Shown here: positions 1 through 10,192 of the stretch, piece after piece
Position numbering within the stretch: the stretch's first letter is position 1
Layout: every line of letters starts with the position of its first letter
From: Acidobacteriota bacterium
GTDB taxonomy: Bacteria > Acidobacteriota > UBA890 > WLXD01
Reading direction: 5' to 3'
Length of the DNA: 64,000 bases
Assembly: GCA_963666055.2 (NCBI GenBank)
Contig: CAXWPH010000007.1
Coordinates: 224,001-288,000, forward strand
Translations under genes and position numbers: made by a program
The notes under the pieces: generated by a model
Told to the model about the DNA's origin: nothing
The model's input: only the letters and a program-made list of their open reading frames with translations
The model's database searches: none

Positions 1-861
1 CCGGACCACGGGCAGGCCCACTTCGGGTTGGGCATGGCGCTGGCAGACCAACCCGACGAGCACGAGCGCGCCTTACGACACCTCGAGCGGGCCGTGCAAG
101 CCGACCCCGACAACGCCATGGCGCTTTATCTGATCGGTCGCGTGTACGGCACGTTGGACAATCTGGATGCAGCTCTCGAGGCACTCGACCGGAGCCTCGC
201 GCTGGACCCCGGTCAAGCTGACGCGCACTACCGGCTGGCGCTCGTCCACGCACGGCTGGGCAACCGCCAGGCAGCGCGCCTCCACCAGACCCGGTTCCAG
301 GAGTTGTCGCGCGCCCGGGTCGATCTGGAAGAGCGAGCGTGGCGCCTCGCGCAGCTCAAGGACACCGCCGCCGCGCTGGCCACAAGCGACCTGGATGCGG
401 TTCGTCAGGCTGCCCGGCAACTGGCCGTGGAGGTGCCCGATGACCCCGACGTCCTGATCATGGTGGCGCAGGTCGAGCTGCGCTTCGGCGATCTGTCCGC
501 CGCACGTGCCGCCACCGATCGGACTCTGGCACTCCGCCCGGACCACTTCGAGGCGCTGGTTCTGCGCGGCATCCTGCTGCATCGCGCCGGCAGCCACGAC
601 GCGGCACTCGAGGCGCTGCAGACACTCCGCAACATCAACCCGTTGTACGCACCGGCGCACGCGGCAATCGGCAACGTCCTGCTGGCACTCTCAGAAACCG
701 CCGCGGCGGTGCCCGCATACCAGGCAGCGATCGAGCTGGACCCCGACAATCCAGCCCATTACTTGAACCTGGCCACGGCCTACGGCCGGCTAGGGCGTAC
801 GGGCCTGGAGACCGAAGCGTTGCAGCACTATCAGCGTCTGCTCGGGCAACCCTCGCAGTAG
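1..861 (+). CDS. TPR-repeat protein (5'-truncated by window edge)
   Basis: Frame is open from base 1 (PDHGQAHFGLGMALAD...). Repeated TPR signatures: ALYLIGRVY, AHYRLALVH, AHAAIGNVL, HYLNLATAY with DP turns. Confidence 0.9.
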   Translation, partial: PDHGQAHFGLGMALADQPDEHERALRHLERAVQADPDNAMALYLIGRVYGTLDNLDAALEALDRSLALDPGQADAHYRLALVHARLGNRQAARLHQTRFQELSRARVDLEERAWRLAQLKDTAAALATSDLDAVRQAARQLAVEVPDDPDVLIMVAQVELRFGDLSAARAATDRTLALRPDHFEALVLRGILLHRAGSHDAALEALQTLRNINPLYAPAHAAIGNVLLALSETAAAVPAYQAAIELDPDNPAHYLNLATAYGRLGRTGLETEALQHYQRLLGQPSQ

Positions 862-880
862 GCGAGGCTCGATCCGTGGC

Positions 881-1501
881 TCACAGGTTGCGATACACGT
901 CGCGGGTGCTGCCGAAGTCGACCAGCGCCACCCAGTCACCGAACCAACTCTCGAGCTCGTCGTCGCCGGCGCCCATCGCCTGTTCCCATACGGCCAGGCT
1001 GTCCCAGGTCGACGACCAGACGAACTTTCCGGGGGCGTCAGTGCCGCAAAGCAGCTGCTGGTTCTGCCCCGACCAACCGTCGATGCCCTGGGCGCGGGCC
1101 ATCAGCTCGCGCGCCTGATCGAGTCGGTCAAGGCGCACGATGTAGGAGCTCCGCACTTCGATCTTGCGCGGCGTATTGTCGGCCGGCGGCGACGGATCGA
1201 GCACCGTAAACACCTCTTGAGCGCCGCCGAACAGGAGGCGTGGGGCGATCGTCGCGCGCCAAGCCCTGTATTCGTCGCATTGCTCCGCCACCGTCATCGC
1301 CTCTTCCCAAGCGGCAAGGCTCGGCCACTGGAACGACCATACGAACAGGCTCTGCTGCGCGTGGCCGTGAAGCATCTGCTGAATACGGCCTTCCCAGCCC
1401 AGGATCGGCCAGACGGTGTCGCGGCCGAGCTGCGCCAGCTCTTCGACGGGGCCCTCGGCGTCGAGCATGGTGACCCGATACGAACTGCGGACTTCGATCA
1501 T
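881..1501 (-). CDS. NIPSNAP-like dimeric alpha/beta-barrel protein with two tandem internal domains
   Basis: Two halves both start IEVRSSY and contain FVWS.xW.SLAxWExAM. Last gene of the ABC operon. Fold assignment is by pattern only. Confidence 0.6.
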   Translation of the reverse strand: MIEVRSSYRVTMLDAEGPVEELAQLGRDTVWPILGWEGRIQQMLHGHAQQSLFVWSFQWPSLAAWEEAMTVAEQCDEYRAWRATIAPRLLFGGAQEVFTVLDPSPPADNTPRKIEVRSSYIVRLDRLDQARELMARAQGIDGWSGQNQQLLCGTDAPGKFVWSSTWDSLAVWEQAMGAGDDELESWFGDWVALVDFGSTRDVYRNL

Positions 1502-1538
1502 TCAGCGCCTCTCGATGCGGCCGGTAACCGCTTCCGGC

Positions 1539-2543
1539 TCAGGTATGGAGATGACAGGCGACGGCGTGGCCCGGTGTCGGTTCGATCAGCTCGGGCTCGA
1601 GCGTGTCGCAGTCGACACCGCGCTCCAGCATGGCCTGGCTCTTGAACGTGCAGCGCGTGCAGAAGTTGCAGCCCGCCGGAGGGTCAGACGGGCTCGGCAC
1701 TTCGCCGCCGACGGCCACCGGACGCATCTGCCGGGCGCGCTCCGGATCCGGGATCGGAACAGCCGACAGCAGCGCCTGCGTGTAGGGATGACGAGGGCAG
1801 CCGAACAACTGGTCGCGTGGCGCACATTCGACCAGCTTGCCGAGATACATCACCGCCACGCGGTCGCTGATCTGCCGCACCACACCGAGATCATGGGTGA
1901 TCAGCAGATAGGAGAGCCCGAGCCGCCGCTGGAGGTCCTGCAGCAAGGCGACGATCTGCGCCTGGATCGACAGGTCGAGCGCCGATGTGGGCTCGTCGCA
2001 CACCAGCAGCTCGGGCTCGAGCGCCAGCGCTCGCGCGATGCCGACGCGCTGTCGCTCACCGCCGGCCAGCTCGCGCGGCAGGCGTGCACCGAGCGCAGAG
2101 TCGAGCCCGACGGTGTCGAGTAGCGAGTCGACCTTACGGCGCAGGGTGTCGCCCGCGAGCTGACGATGAATCTCCAACGGCTCGGCGATCAGGCGGCCGA
2201 TTCGCCATCGCGGATTGAGCGCCGCGCCGGCGTCCTGGAACACCAACTGCATGCGCGGTCGCAGCTTGGCTAGCTGCGCTCTGCCGAGCCCGGCGAGCTC
2301 CTGACCATCGAAGCGCACGCTCCCGGAGGTCGCCGGCACGAGTCGCAGAATAGCCCGCCCCAGCGTGCTCTTGCCGCAACCACTCTCGCCCACCAGGCTC
2401 AAAGTCTCGCCGCGAGCCACGGTCAACGAAACTCCGTCGACAGCCCGAACCACGCGGTGGTCGCGCCGCCAGCTGGTGCCCGCCCGACGTGGGAAGTACA
2501 CGCATAGCTCCGAGACTTCGAGCAGCGGCGCCGCGACGCTCAA
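1539..2543 (-). CDS. Peptide/nickel ABC transporter ATP-binding subunit (OppF/DppF type)
   Basis: Walker [17 protein letters not shown] signature, [13 protein letters not shown] and C-terminal GCNFCTRC oligo_HPY domain. Confidence 0.95.
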   Translation of the reverse strand: MSVAAPLLEVSELCVYFPRRAGTSWRRDHRVVRAVDGVSLTVARGETLSLVGESGCGKSTLGRAILRLVPATSGSVRFDGQELAGLGRAQLAKLRPRMQLVFQDAGAALNPRWRIGRLIAEPLEIHRQLAGDTLRRKVDSLLDTVGLDSALGARLPRELAGGERQRVGIARALALEPELLVCDEPTSALDLSIQAQIVALLQDLQRRLGLSYLLITHDLGVVRQISDRVAVMYLGKLVECAPRDQLFGCPRHPYTQALLSAVPIPDPERARQMRPVAVGGEVPSPSDPPAGCNFCTRCTFKSQAMLERGVDCDTLEPELIEPTPGHAVACHLHT

Positions 2544-3487
2544 GTGCGCGGTTCCGAATGCCCGGTGCCAGGGTCGGCGCTCGCAAGGCCGAAGGTGGAT
2601 GAGCCCGCGGCGCCCAGGGCGTTCTGCCGCGCCAGCGTCATCAGCTGGCGGGTGTACGGATGCTCCGGGTTGGCATACAGGTCGGCGGCCGATGCGGTTT
2701 CGACGATTTTTCCAGCCCGCATGACCGCCACCCGGTCGGCGAGGCCGGCAATCACGCCCAGATCGTGGCTGATCCAGATCAGCGCCATGCCGAGATCGTC
2801 GCGCAGCCGCCGCATCAGATCGACGATCTGAGCCTGAACGGTCACGTCGAGCGCCGTCGTCGGCTCATCGGCGATCAGCAGCTCGGGCTCGGCGGCCAGC
2901 GCCATCGCGATCATCGCTCGCTGCCGCATGCCGCCCGACAACTGGTGTGGATACGCCTCAGCCAGCTCGTCGGGATGCGGAATTCCGACGCGCCCCAGCC
3001 ATTGCGCCGCCCGTTGACGAACCTGTGCGCGGCTTCCGCCCAGGTGACATTCGATGACCTCTCCGACCTGACGGCCCAACGTCATCACCGGATTGAGTGC
3101 CGACAGCGGTTCCTGGAAGACGAAGCCGATGCGCTTGCCGCGCACCCTCGAGAGCGCCGCGACGTCAAGCTCCAGGAGGTCGACGCCGCCCAGCGAGAGG
3201 CGCGCCGCCTCGATGCGCGCCGGCGGCGCCGGCACCAGACCGACCAGCGACATTGCCGTCACGCTCTTACCCGACCCGGACTCGCCGACGATGCCGAGGG
3301 TCTCTCCGGCCGCAACGTTGAAGGAAATCCCATCCACGGCGCAAACAACGCCGGCGCCGGTATCAAACTCGACGCGCAGATCGCGCACGTCGAGCAACGG
3401 TTGCGTATCGCCGGCGTGGCCTTGGGCGGTTATGGGCAGCTCACTAATCCTCGAAGCCCATCTCGCGGTTGAAGGAGCCGCCGCCAC
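2540..3487 (-). CDS. Peptide/nickel ABC transporter ATP-binding subunit (OppD/DppD type); true start probably near 3433-3448
   Basis: [29 protein letters not shown]. 4-bp overlap with the next gene. Confidence 0.93.
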   Translation of the reverse strand: MAAAPSTARWASRISELPITAQGHAGDTQPLLDVRDLRVEFDTGAGVVCAVDGISFNVAAGETLGIVGESGSGKSVTAMSLVGLVPAPPARIEAARLSLGGVDLLELDVAALSRVRGKRIGFVFQEPLSALNPVMTLGRQVGEVIECHLGGSRAQVRQRAAQWLGRVGIPHPDELAEAYPHQLSGGMRQRAMIAMALAAEPELLIADEPTTALDVTVQAQIVDLMRRLRDDLGMALIWISHDLGVIAGLADRVAVMRAGKIVETASAADLYANPEHPYTRQLMTLARQNALGAAGSSTFGLASADPGTGHSEPRT

Positions 3488-4454
3488 TCATCTCCTTGCC
3501 GTCGAGGATGACCGTCGGGGTCGCCAGCATGATGTCCATGTGGTAATCGCTCAGGCCCACGGTGCCGCCGAAGTCGGGGTTCTGATATCCGAACCCGAAG
3601 TCGACCGCCGCTAGCTTGCGCTCGTCCTCGATCATGCGCCCCGAGATGCCGGCCTGTGGATTGAGCCCGAGGCTGAAGTGACAGAGCTTGTAGATGGTCG
3701 GATCGTTGCAGCTCGCCAGCCACTCGCGCATGGTGTCGGCCTCGGAGCCGCCTTCGACCTTGGTGATCACCCCGTTCTCCATCGTCATGCTGTAGGGGCT
3801 GTGCACCACACCCTGAACGCTATCGGAGGCGTCGACGACGATAACTCCCTCGATGCTCTCCTCCACCGGCGCGATGTTGGTCTGCATACCCGGAAAGAAG
3901 TCGTCCATCCCCGGTCGCTCGAGCTTGCCCGTACCGAGGTCGGCCTTGCGAGGCTTCAGCTGGAAGCTCACGTCGGTGCCCTGCGGCGTGGTGACCTGGC
4001 AGATGTCGGTGGCTTCCCATAGCTCGCAGACGCGCCTGCCGATGCGGATCATCTTGTCGATGTCGACGTGCAGCAGAGCCCGGACAACATAGTCCTCGAC
4101 GTTGGTGACCTCGGTGTAGAGGATGCTGGTGCCGCCGGCCTTGGCGTCGAGCATCGCCGGTGAGGCGTCGATCCCGTCATCGACGATCGATACGATGTAC
4201 TTCGCCGCCTTGAAGGCTTCGCAGAGAATCGGCCCCGGGGACGCCGCCTCCCCGGGCTTTGCAAGCTGCCTGATAATCAGCTGCGTATCGGCCCCGGAGC
4301 GCACCCCTGCCGCCATCAGGGCATGCGCCAGGTTCAGCTCGCTGCGCGTGTCGGCGAGCACCAGCAGCGGGTCGCCCGCAGCGGGCTCGACTAACCGCTT
4401 GATAGTGACCTCGGCGAACTCGTCCCAGAACTCTCTGGACTTCATCGATCTCAC
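3444..4454 (-). CDS. Peptidase M29 (aminopeptidase T) / NicX-fold metalloenzyme
   Basis: TPQGTDVSF, IAPVEESIEGVIVVD, HFSLGLNP, IEDER and YHMD motifs match the AmpT/NicX fold, but ligands differ from AmpT. Confidence 0.75.
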   Translation of the reverse strand: MRSMKSREFWDEFAEVTIKRLVEPAAGDPLLVLADTRSELNLAHALMAAGVRSGADTQLIIRQLAKPGEAASPGPILCEAFKAAKYIVSIVDDGIDASPAMLDAKAGGTSILYTEVTNVEDYVVRALLHVDIDKMIRIGRRVCELWEATDICQVTTPQGTDVSFQLKPRKADLGTGKLERPGMDDFFPGMQTNIAPVEESIEGVIVVDASDSVQGVVHSPYSMTMENGVITKVEGGSEADTMREWLASCNDPTIYKLCHFSLGLNPQAGISGRMIEDERKLAAVDFGFGYQNPDFGGTVGLSDYHMDIMLATPTVILDGKEMSGGGSFNREMGFED

Positions 4455-4491
4455 TCCCTTGCTGGTAGTTGCGCGCGTCTGCGCATCCTGG

Positions 4492-5235
4492 CTAGTCGTC
4501 GGGGCTCAGGCTGTCCGGCCGCGGGAAGGCGCGCTTGCTCTGCGCAATCCGCAGTCGCGCCAGGCTCTCCGCCATCATCGCCGAGGCCTGGATGGGGTCG
4601 ATTACCGGGATCGGCAGCTCGCGCTGCAGCCGGCCGATGACGTCGAGGCTGCCGTAGCCGATCACCGCGTCGGCGCCGTCTTCCTGCATCGCCAGCCGTC
4701 CCTGCTCGATCATTGCTTCGGGCAAGCTCGCGTCGCGGCCGGCGAACTCGAGCGAGTCGCCCGGCACCGCGCGCACCGAGGCCAGCTTGTCGGCGAAGCC
4801 GTAGAGGCGCGCCAGGTCTTCGATGCAGCGCGATCCGTAGGCGCCCCGCTGGTTGCCAGCGGTCTTGCCCGGCATCAAGAAAGAAAACCGCCTGCCGACC
4901 ATCGAGGCGAAGTGCATCGCCGCCTCCGACTCTCCGACCACCGGGATGTCGAGCGCCTCTTTGCCTCCTTGGACTCCCGGCTCATCCAGACAGCCCATGG
5001 CCACAGCATGGAAGCCTTCGCGCTCCGCCCGCCGAGCCGCGTCGATGTGCAGCATGGCCAGCGATTCGGCGTCGTAGACGCAGCCGATGGCCTCGATCGG
5101 TGCGTCCGGCAGATCCCACAGCTCGACTTCAACGCCGGCGTGCGCCAAGGGTGCCAGAAGCTCACGATGCACATCACCCCAGGCGCGCAGGCCGTTGCGA
5201 ACGGGGATGATGGCGCAGATACGAATGACCTCCAT
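4492..5235 (-). CDS. Asp/Glu/hydantoin racemase superfamily protein (allantoin-racemase-like)
   Basis: GCLDEPG, IPVVGESEAAMH, GADAVIG, IPVIDP motifs. ATG at 5235 overlaps the permease stop (TGATG). Confidence 0.85.
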   Translation of the reverse strand: MEVIRICAIIPVRNGLRAWGDVHRELLAPLAHAGVEVELWDLPDAPIEAIGCVYDAESLAMLHIDAARRAEREGFHAVAMGCLDEPGVQGGKEALDIPVVGESEAAMHFASMVGRRFSFLMPGKTAGNQRGAYGSRCIEDLARLYGFADKLASVRAVPGDSLEFAGRDASLPEAMIEQGRLAMQEDGADAVIGYGSLDVIGRLQRELPIPVIDPIQASAMMAESLARLRIAQSKRAFPRPDSLSPDD

Positions 5236-6089
5236 CAGGTCTCCTTTCCGTAGGCCGTTACGGCTCCGCCGACTCCGTCCTGGAGTCGGTCGCCGAGGCC
5301 CTCGCCGATCAAGTTGAATCCGACCACCAACACCAAGAGCGCCAAACCAGGAAAGCTCGCCACCCACCACTGGTCGAGTAGGAACTTCTGGCCCTCGGCC
5401 ACCATGCGTCCCCACTCCGCTGTGGGTGGTTGCGCTCCCAGCCCCAGAAAGCTCAGCGACGCCGCCGTCAACGCTACGAACCCAGCGTCGAGCGAGGCGC
5501 GCACGACGATCGGATCGATGACGTTGGGCAGCACGTGACGGGTGACGATACGGAACCGGCTGGCGCCGATGACGCGCGCCGACTCGACAAACTCTTGCTT
5601 GCGTACCGAGAGGATCTGGCTACGCACGAGCCGCGCGTAGGCGGGCCACCACAGAAACGCCACTGCGAGCATCGTCTGGCGCAGCCCGCGGCCGAGTACG
5701 GCGTTGGTGGCCAGCGCCAGGATCAGCGGTGGAAACGCCAGAAACACGTCAGTGGTTCGCATCAGCAATCCGTCGAGCCACCCGCCGACATAGCCGGACA
5801 CAGAGCCCACGCTCACACCTATGAGGATCGCGATGACAAGCACCACCACCACGGTCGCCAGCGTCGTACGCGCCCCGTAGACGACGCGCGTGTACACGTC
5901 GATGCCGACCCCGTCGGTGCCCAGCCAGTGCTCCGCTGACGGAGCAGCCAGCCGCCGCTCGAGCTCCAACCCAGCCGGATCCTGGGCGGTGAAAAGGCCC
6001 GGAGCCAGCGCCATCGTCAGGAACAGCGCGACGATAGCGCCGCCGACAATCATGCGCCGGTCTCGCGGCACCCTCGGACGGTTACTCAT
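5235..6089 (-). CDS. Peptide ABC transporter permease (DppC/OppC type)
   Basis: HWLGTD, EAA loop (EFVESARVIGAS), LSFLGLG.QPP.AEWG. Confidence 0.95.
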   Translation of the reverse strand: MSNRPRVPRDRRMIVGGAIVALFLTMALAPGLFTAQDPAGLELERRLAAPSAEHWLGTDGVGIDVYTRVVYGARTTLATVVVVLVIAILIGVSVGSVSGYVGGWLDGLLMRTTDVFLAFPPLILALATNAVLGRGLRQTMLAVAFLWWPAYARLVRSQILSVRKQEFVESARVIGASRFRIVTRHVLPNVIDPIVVRASLDAGFVALTAASLSFLGLGAQPPTAEWGRMVAEGQKFLLDQWWVASFPGLALLVLVVGFNLIGEGLGDRLQDGVGGAVTAYGKET

Positions 6090-7089
6090 ATTCGATCCGC
6101 GGGTCGAGCCGAGCGTACAGCAGATCGACCCCGAGATTTACGAACAGGTAGGCGATGGTCGAAATGAGCGTGACCCCCATGATCACCGGGATGTCGAGCC
6201 GGAAGATCCCGGTCCAGGCATACGTACCCAAGCCACCCCAGGAGAACAGGTTCTCGATCAGCACCGTGCCGCCGAGCAGGAAGGCGACCTGTAGGCCGAT
6301 CACCGTGGTGGTGAGCAACAGCGCGTTCGGCAGCGCGTGGTGCAACCACACACTGCGCTCCGGCAGCCCCTTGGCCCGCGCCGTGCGCACGTAGTCTTGG
6401 CTCAGCGCCAGGAGCATGGAGCTGCGAGTGATCCGACCCACTTCCGAGACACCGGCAATCGCCAGCGTCGTCGCCGGCAGCACCAGGTGACGGACCGCGT
6501 CCACAAACGTGCTCCACTGTCCGGCCAGAATCGCGTCGACGGTGTACATCCCAGTGAGTCCGGGCGGCGGTAGCGTCTCGAGCCCGAGACGGCCGGCGAT
6601 TGGAAGCACTCGCAGCCAACCGGCGAAGACGAGCTGCAGCAACAAGGCAAGAAAGAACACCGGCATCCCGACGCCGAAGTAGGAGAAGCCGAGGAAGCCG
6701 TGATCGAACCAGCCGCCTCGTCGGGTCGCCGCGCGCACGCCGAACGGAATCCCGACGCCGACGGTGATCACCATCGTCGCCAGCAACAGCTCGAGCGTCG
6801 CCGGAAAGAAGATCAGCAGCTCGCGAGCAACGTCCTGCTTCGAGGTGAGCGACGTACCGAGATCGCCGCGCGACAAGCGCCCCATGTACAACGCGTACTG
6901 CACCGGCAACGGCCGATCCAGGCCGAGACGCTGGCGAACCGCCTCGAGCTGATCGGGTGTGGCAAGCCGACCCGCCGCCGCTCGCGCCGGATCGCCCGGC
7001 AGCATGTTGCTGAGGAAAAAGGCCAGCAGGCTGACGCCGATGAGCACCGGGACCATCAGCAGCAGGCGTCGGACGACGTACCGTCTCAT
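6082..7089 (-). CDS. Peptide ABC transporter permease (DppB/OppB type)
   Basis: PGDPA, GLDRPLPVQY, DYVRTARAKGL, C-terminal LDPRI. ATGA overlap with the binding-protein stop. Confidence 0.95.
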   Translation of the reverse strand: MRRYVVRRLLLMVPVLIGVSLLAFFLSNMLPGDPARAAAGRLATPDQLEAVRQRLGLDRPLPVQYALYMGRLSRGDLGTSLTSKQDVARELLIFFPATLELLLATMVITVGVGIPFGVRAATRRGGWFDHGFLGFSYFGVGMPVFFLALLLQLVFAGWLRVLPIAGRLGLETLPPPGLTGMYTVDAILAGQWSTFVDAVRHLVLPATTLAIAGVSEVGRITRSSMLLALSQDYVRTARAKGLPERSVWLHHALPNALLLTTTVIGLQVAFLLGGTVLIENLFSWGGLGTYAWTGIFRLDIPVIMGVTLISTIAYLFVNLGVDLLYARLDPRIEYE

Positions 7090-8651
7090 TGCTCCCGCCA
7101 CATCGGGTAAAGGTTCTGGGTCAGCGGATGCCCGAGACTAACCGCATAGCCATGCAGGTCGTCACGCTGGGCCGACAGTCCGACCATGGTGACGCTGACG
7201 GCAAAGGGCATGTCCTCCAGCCACAGCGCCTCGACCTGCCGATAGAGAGCACATCGAATCTCCGCGTCGAGCTCCTCGGCAGCGGCTTCGAGCAGGGCGT
7301 CCATCTCGGGATCCTGATACCAGGCAAAGTTGTTGCCACCGTTGCCCGCCTGCCCTGAATGGGCCAGCGAGTAGAGAAAATGATGTGCCTCCGGGCCGGG
7401 GGCGAACAGCCATATCGTGCCGATGTCTGTGGAAGTCTCCAGCCGCGAGTAGTTCTCCACCTTGGCATCCCACTCAATGTCTACAGCGGTCACACGTATG
7501 CCGAGCTGCGCCGCGCCGGCGCGCATGATCTCGAAGATCGGCGTCTCACCGGTGGTGCCCTCGAACGCCATCGTGAGCTCGACCTGATCCGTATCGATCC
7601 CGGCCTCGGCGATCAGACGCCGCGCCTCGTCGAGGTCGGTGCGGGGGCGCGGTGAGTCGAGGCTGGCGCACTCGGCGCGAGCCGGCAGCACCCCGCGCGG
7701 CCACTCGGCGTTACCGCGCATGAGGTGCTCGAGATGCCCCTCGTAGTCGTAGCTGAGCGCCAGAGCCCGGCGTACGCGCGCATCGGCCAGATGCCGACTC
7801 TGGGAGTTGAACGCGATGTAGAGCTGATTGAGCGTCGGATCGCGGTTCACTACGATGCCGGGCTCGCCGACGAGGGCCTCGAGGGTGTCGGCACTCGATA
7901 GGTAGATCCAGTCGGCGTCGCCGTTGACCAGCGCGATACGCCGCGCCGCCTCCTCGCGAATGACGCGGAACACCGCGCTGTCGATGTGCCGCTCGCCCCA
8001 ACCACCGTGGTACGCGGGAAAGCGCTCGACGGTGAACTGCTGCTGCGGCTGGAAGGAGACCAGTCGATACGGCCCCGCGCCCGCATCGTGCGTCTGCAGC
8101 CAGCGCTGGCCGAGGTCGCCCTCGAACTCATTGGCACGAATGAGGTCGGCGTTGGCAATGTACAGACGGGTCATGGCGCCCAGGAACCCGGGGAAGGGCG
8201 CATACAGGTCGACGGCAACGTGCCATGGGTCGAGCACCTCGGCGCCGCTCACCGGTGTCAGATAGGCCCAGACACCGATCTTCAAGGTCAGCATGCGGTC
8301 GATGGTGTACTTCACGTCCTCAGCCAGAACCGGCGTGCCGTCGTGGAAGCGAGCCGCGTCGCGCAGCGTGAACACGTACCTACGACCATCGTCGGTTACC
8401 TTGAACGACTCCGCCAGATCGGGGCGCAACTCCGTGCTGCCGGGCTCGTACTGAACCAGCGCGCTGTACAGGTTGATGATCGGGTTGTCGACGCGACTAT
8501 CGAGCGCCGCCACCGGATCGAGCGTCGGCGGAATCCCCTCGGTGAGCAGCACCAGGTGCAATCGGTCGACGGCCGGCGCGCACCCCAGCGACGCGGCGAC
8601 AAGCGCCGCCGCAATCATCGAGGCGTGGCGACGTGGTGACGCTGTCAACAC
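7086..8651 (-). CDS. ABC transporter substrate-binding lipoprotein, family 5 (start uncertain, 8618-8651)
   Basis: Lipobox ASLGC, TLDP, PDLAES, FHDGTPV.AEDVKYT, GAGPY, VRRAL. Confidence 0.92.
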   Translation of the reverse strand: MLTASPRRHASMIAAALVAASLGCAPAVDRLHLVLLTEGIPPTLDPVAALDSRVDNPIINLYSALVQYEPGSTELRPDLAESFKVTDDGRRYVFTLRDAARFHDGTPVLAEDVKYTIDRMLTLKIGVWAYLTPVSGAEVLDPWHVAVDLYAPFPGFLGAMTRLYIANADLIRANEFEGDLGQRWLQTHDAGAGPYRLVSFQPQQQFTVERFPAYHGGWGERHIDSAVFRVIREEAARRIALVNGDADWIYLSSADTLEALVGEPGIVVNRDPTLNQLYIAFNSQSRHLADARVRRALALSYDYEGHLEHLMRGNAEWPRGVLPARAECASLDSPRPRTDLDEARRLIAEAGIDTDQVELTMAFEGTTGETPIFEIMRAGAAQLGIRVTAVDIEWDAKVENYSRLETSTDIGTIWLFAPGPEAHHFLYSLAHSGQAGNGGNNFAWYQDPEMDALLEAAAEELDAEIRCALYRQVEALWLEDMPFAVSVTMVGLSAQRDDLHGYAVSLGHPLTQNLYPMWREQ

Positions 8652-8783
8652 GCGGTGCCGATAGCGGCGGCTCGGGTAGAAGATGCGAACAAGCGCCTCC
8701 CGCGGGTGAGACCTCGAGTCGTGTCGGCTCGAGCCCACGTCCCATGGACGCCCGGTTCTCCGGAACACGAGTGTAGGTCGTAA

Positions 8784-8794
8784 TATTGTATCCA
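8784..8794. promoter_or_regulatory. Putative GntR operator, copy 1 (TATTGTATCCA)
   Basis: AT-rich motif in the divergent region between the SBP and M24 genes; recurs in five other promoter regions. Confidence 0.65.
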
Positions 8795-8830
8795 ACTTAT
8801 CCCGACACCACGCAAAGAGGGCGCGCTCCG

Positions 8831-10192
8831 GTGATCCGACGCATGGCGCAGCTGGCAGTCATCCTCTCCCTGCTGGGTTGCGCCCTGCCCGCTGGCGCTG
8901 CCCAGGACGACGTGCGCATGCTCGACGCCCGCGCGCGGTTCGAGACGCTGAACCTGATACGGGCGGACAAGTTCGACCTGATCCTCCCCGGTGCCATGCG
9001 CGACAACAACATCGATATGTGGATCCATGTGATCCGCTTGGGCAACCCCGACCCGCTGGAGCTCGATCTGGGCGCCGAGTTCGGCACCTTCGTGTTCAGT
9101 GATCGCGGCGGCGATCGCATCGAGCGCGCCTTGCTCGGCGGCTTCGGCAGGGGGCCGGGCATGCGCCAGACCTACGATATCTTCGGCTCGCTGGGCGACC
9201 TGCGACAGATGGTCGATGAGCGCGACCCGCAACGCATCGCCATCAACATGTCGTCCTGGCTGGGGGTTGCCGACGGCCTGTCACACACCGACTACGAGCG
9301 CATCACTGCGGAGCTGGGACCCTACGCGGAGCGCCTGGTGTCTTCCGGACAGCTGATCACCGACTTTCGGGTGCGTCGGGTCGAGCGTGAGATCGCCGCC
9401 TTCTCGACCGCCGGAGAGATCACCCGCCGCCTGAACGAGCGGGCGCTGAGCAACGAGGTGATCACACCTGGCGTCACCACCCGGGAGGACGTCGCCTGGT
9501 GGGTGCAGGAGCGCCTGCTGGAGATGGGCCTGCGCTCGTCTTTCGGCATCAGCGCCCCCGGGATTCTCTATTCGGCCGCGGCCAACAATGGCGGCGGCGG
9601 CGGCCGCAGCGACGTCATCCGACGCGGCGACTTCCTGTCGTACGACATGGGCGTCCGCTATCTGAACTTCGGCACCGACTTCAAACGCCACGCCTACATC
9701 ATGCCCGATGGAGAGACCGAGGTACCGGATTTCATCCAGCACGCCTGGGACCGCGGCCATTTCGCTCGCCAGGTGATCAAGGACAACATCAAGGTCGGAC
9801 GCACCGCCGGCGAGACGCTCGCCCACCTCGCGCGGGTTTTCGAGGACCTCGACTACGTATACACGCCGTTTACCGATGTCGGCGACGAGGACCGCGCCAT
9901 CATCGCGGCGCTGGAGGACGACCCGCGCTCCGGCATCTCGATCGACTGCCATACGGTGGGCAACACCGGCAACAGCGAGGTCGCGGTGGGACCGTCGTTG
10001 GCGCCCTTCCGCCCGGATCGCGCCGACGTTGTGATTCAGCCGAACAACATCTTCTCGCTCGAGTTCGTCGTCCACACGGCGATTCCGGGCGGCACTCGGC
10101 TGGCGATCAACTTCGAGGACAACGCCATCGTCACCGAGCACGGTGTCGAGTGGCTGTATCCGCCGAACTCACGCATCTTGATCGTCCGCTGA
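8831..10192 (+). CDS. Secreted M24 (pita-bread fold) metallopeptidase/amidohydrolase, copy 1
   Basis: Signal peptide. Metal ligands D (YDMG), D (TDFKR), H (DCHTVG), E (SLEF), E (FEDN). GTG start follows AAGAGGG. Confidence 0.85.
   Translation: MIRRMAQLAVILSLLGCALPAGAAQDDVRMLDARARFETLNLIRADKFDLILPGAMRDNNIDMWIHVIRLGNPDPLELDLGAEFGTFVFSDRGGDRIERALLGGFGRGPGMRQTYDIFGSLGDLRQMVDERDPQRIAINMSSWLGVADGLSHTDYERITAELGPYAERLVSSGQLITDFRVRRVEREIAAFSTAGEITRRLNERALSNEVITPGVTTREDVAWWVQERLLEMGLRSSFGISAPGILYSAAANNGGGGGRSDVIRRGDFLSYDMGVRYLNFGTDFKRHAYIMPDGETEVPDFIQHAWDRGHFARQVIKDNIKVGRTAGETLAHLARVFEDLDYVYTPFTDVGDEDRAIIAALEDDPRSGISIDCHTVGNTGNSEVAVGPSLAPFRPDRADVVIQPNNIFSLEFVVHTAIPGGTRLAINFEDNAIVTEHGVEWLYPPNSRILIVR

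Noticed and set aside
9499-10191. N-terminal 231 codons of the 518-aa ORF 9499..11055
   Set aside because: Arg-rich off-frame shadow of the M24 gene. The real start is ATG 10192, followed by a lipoprotein signal.
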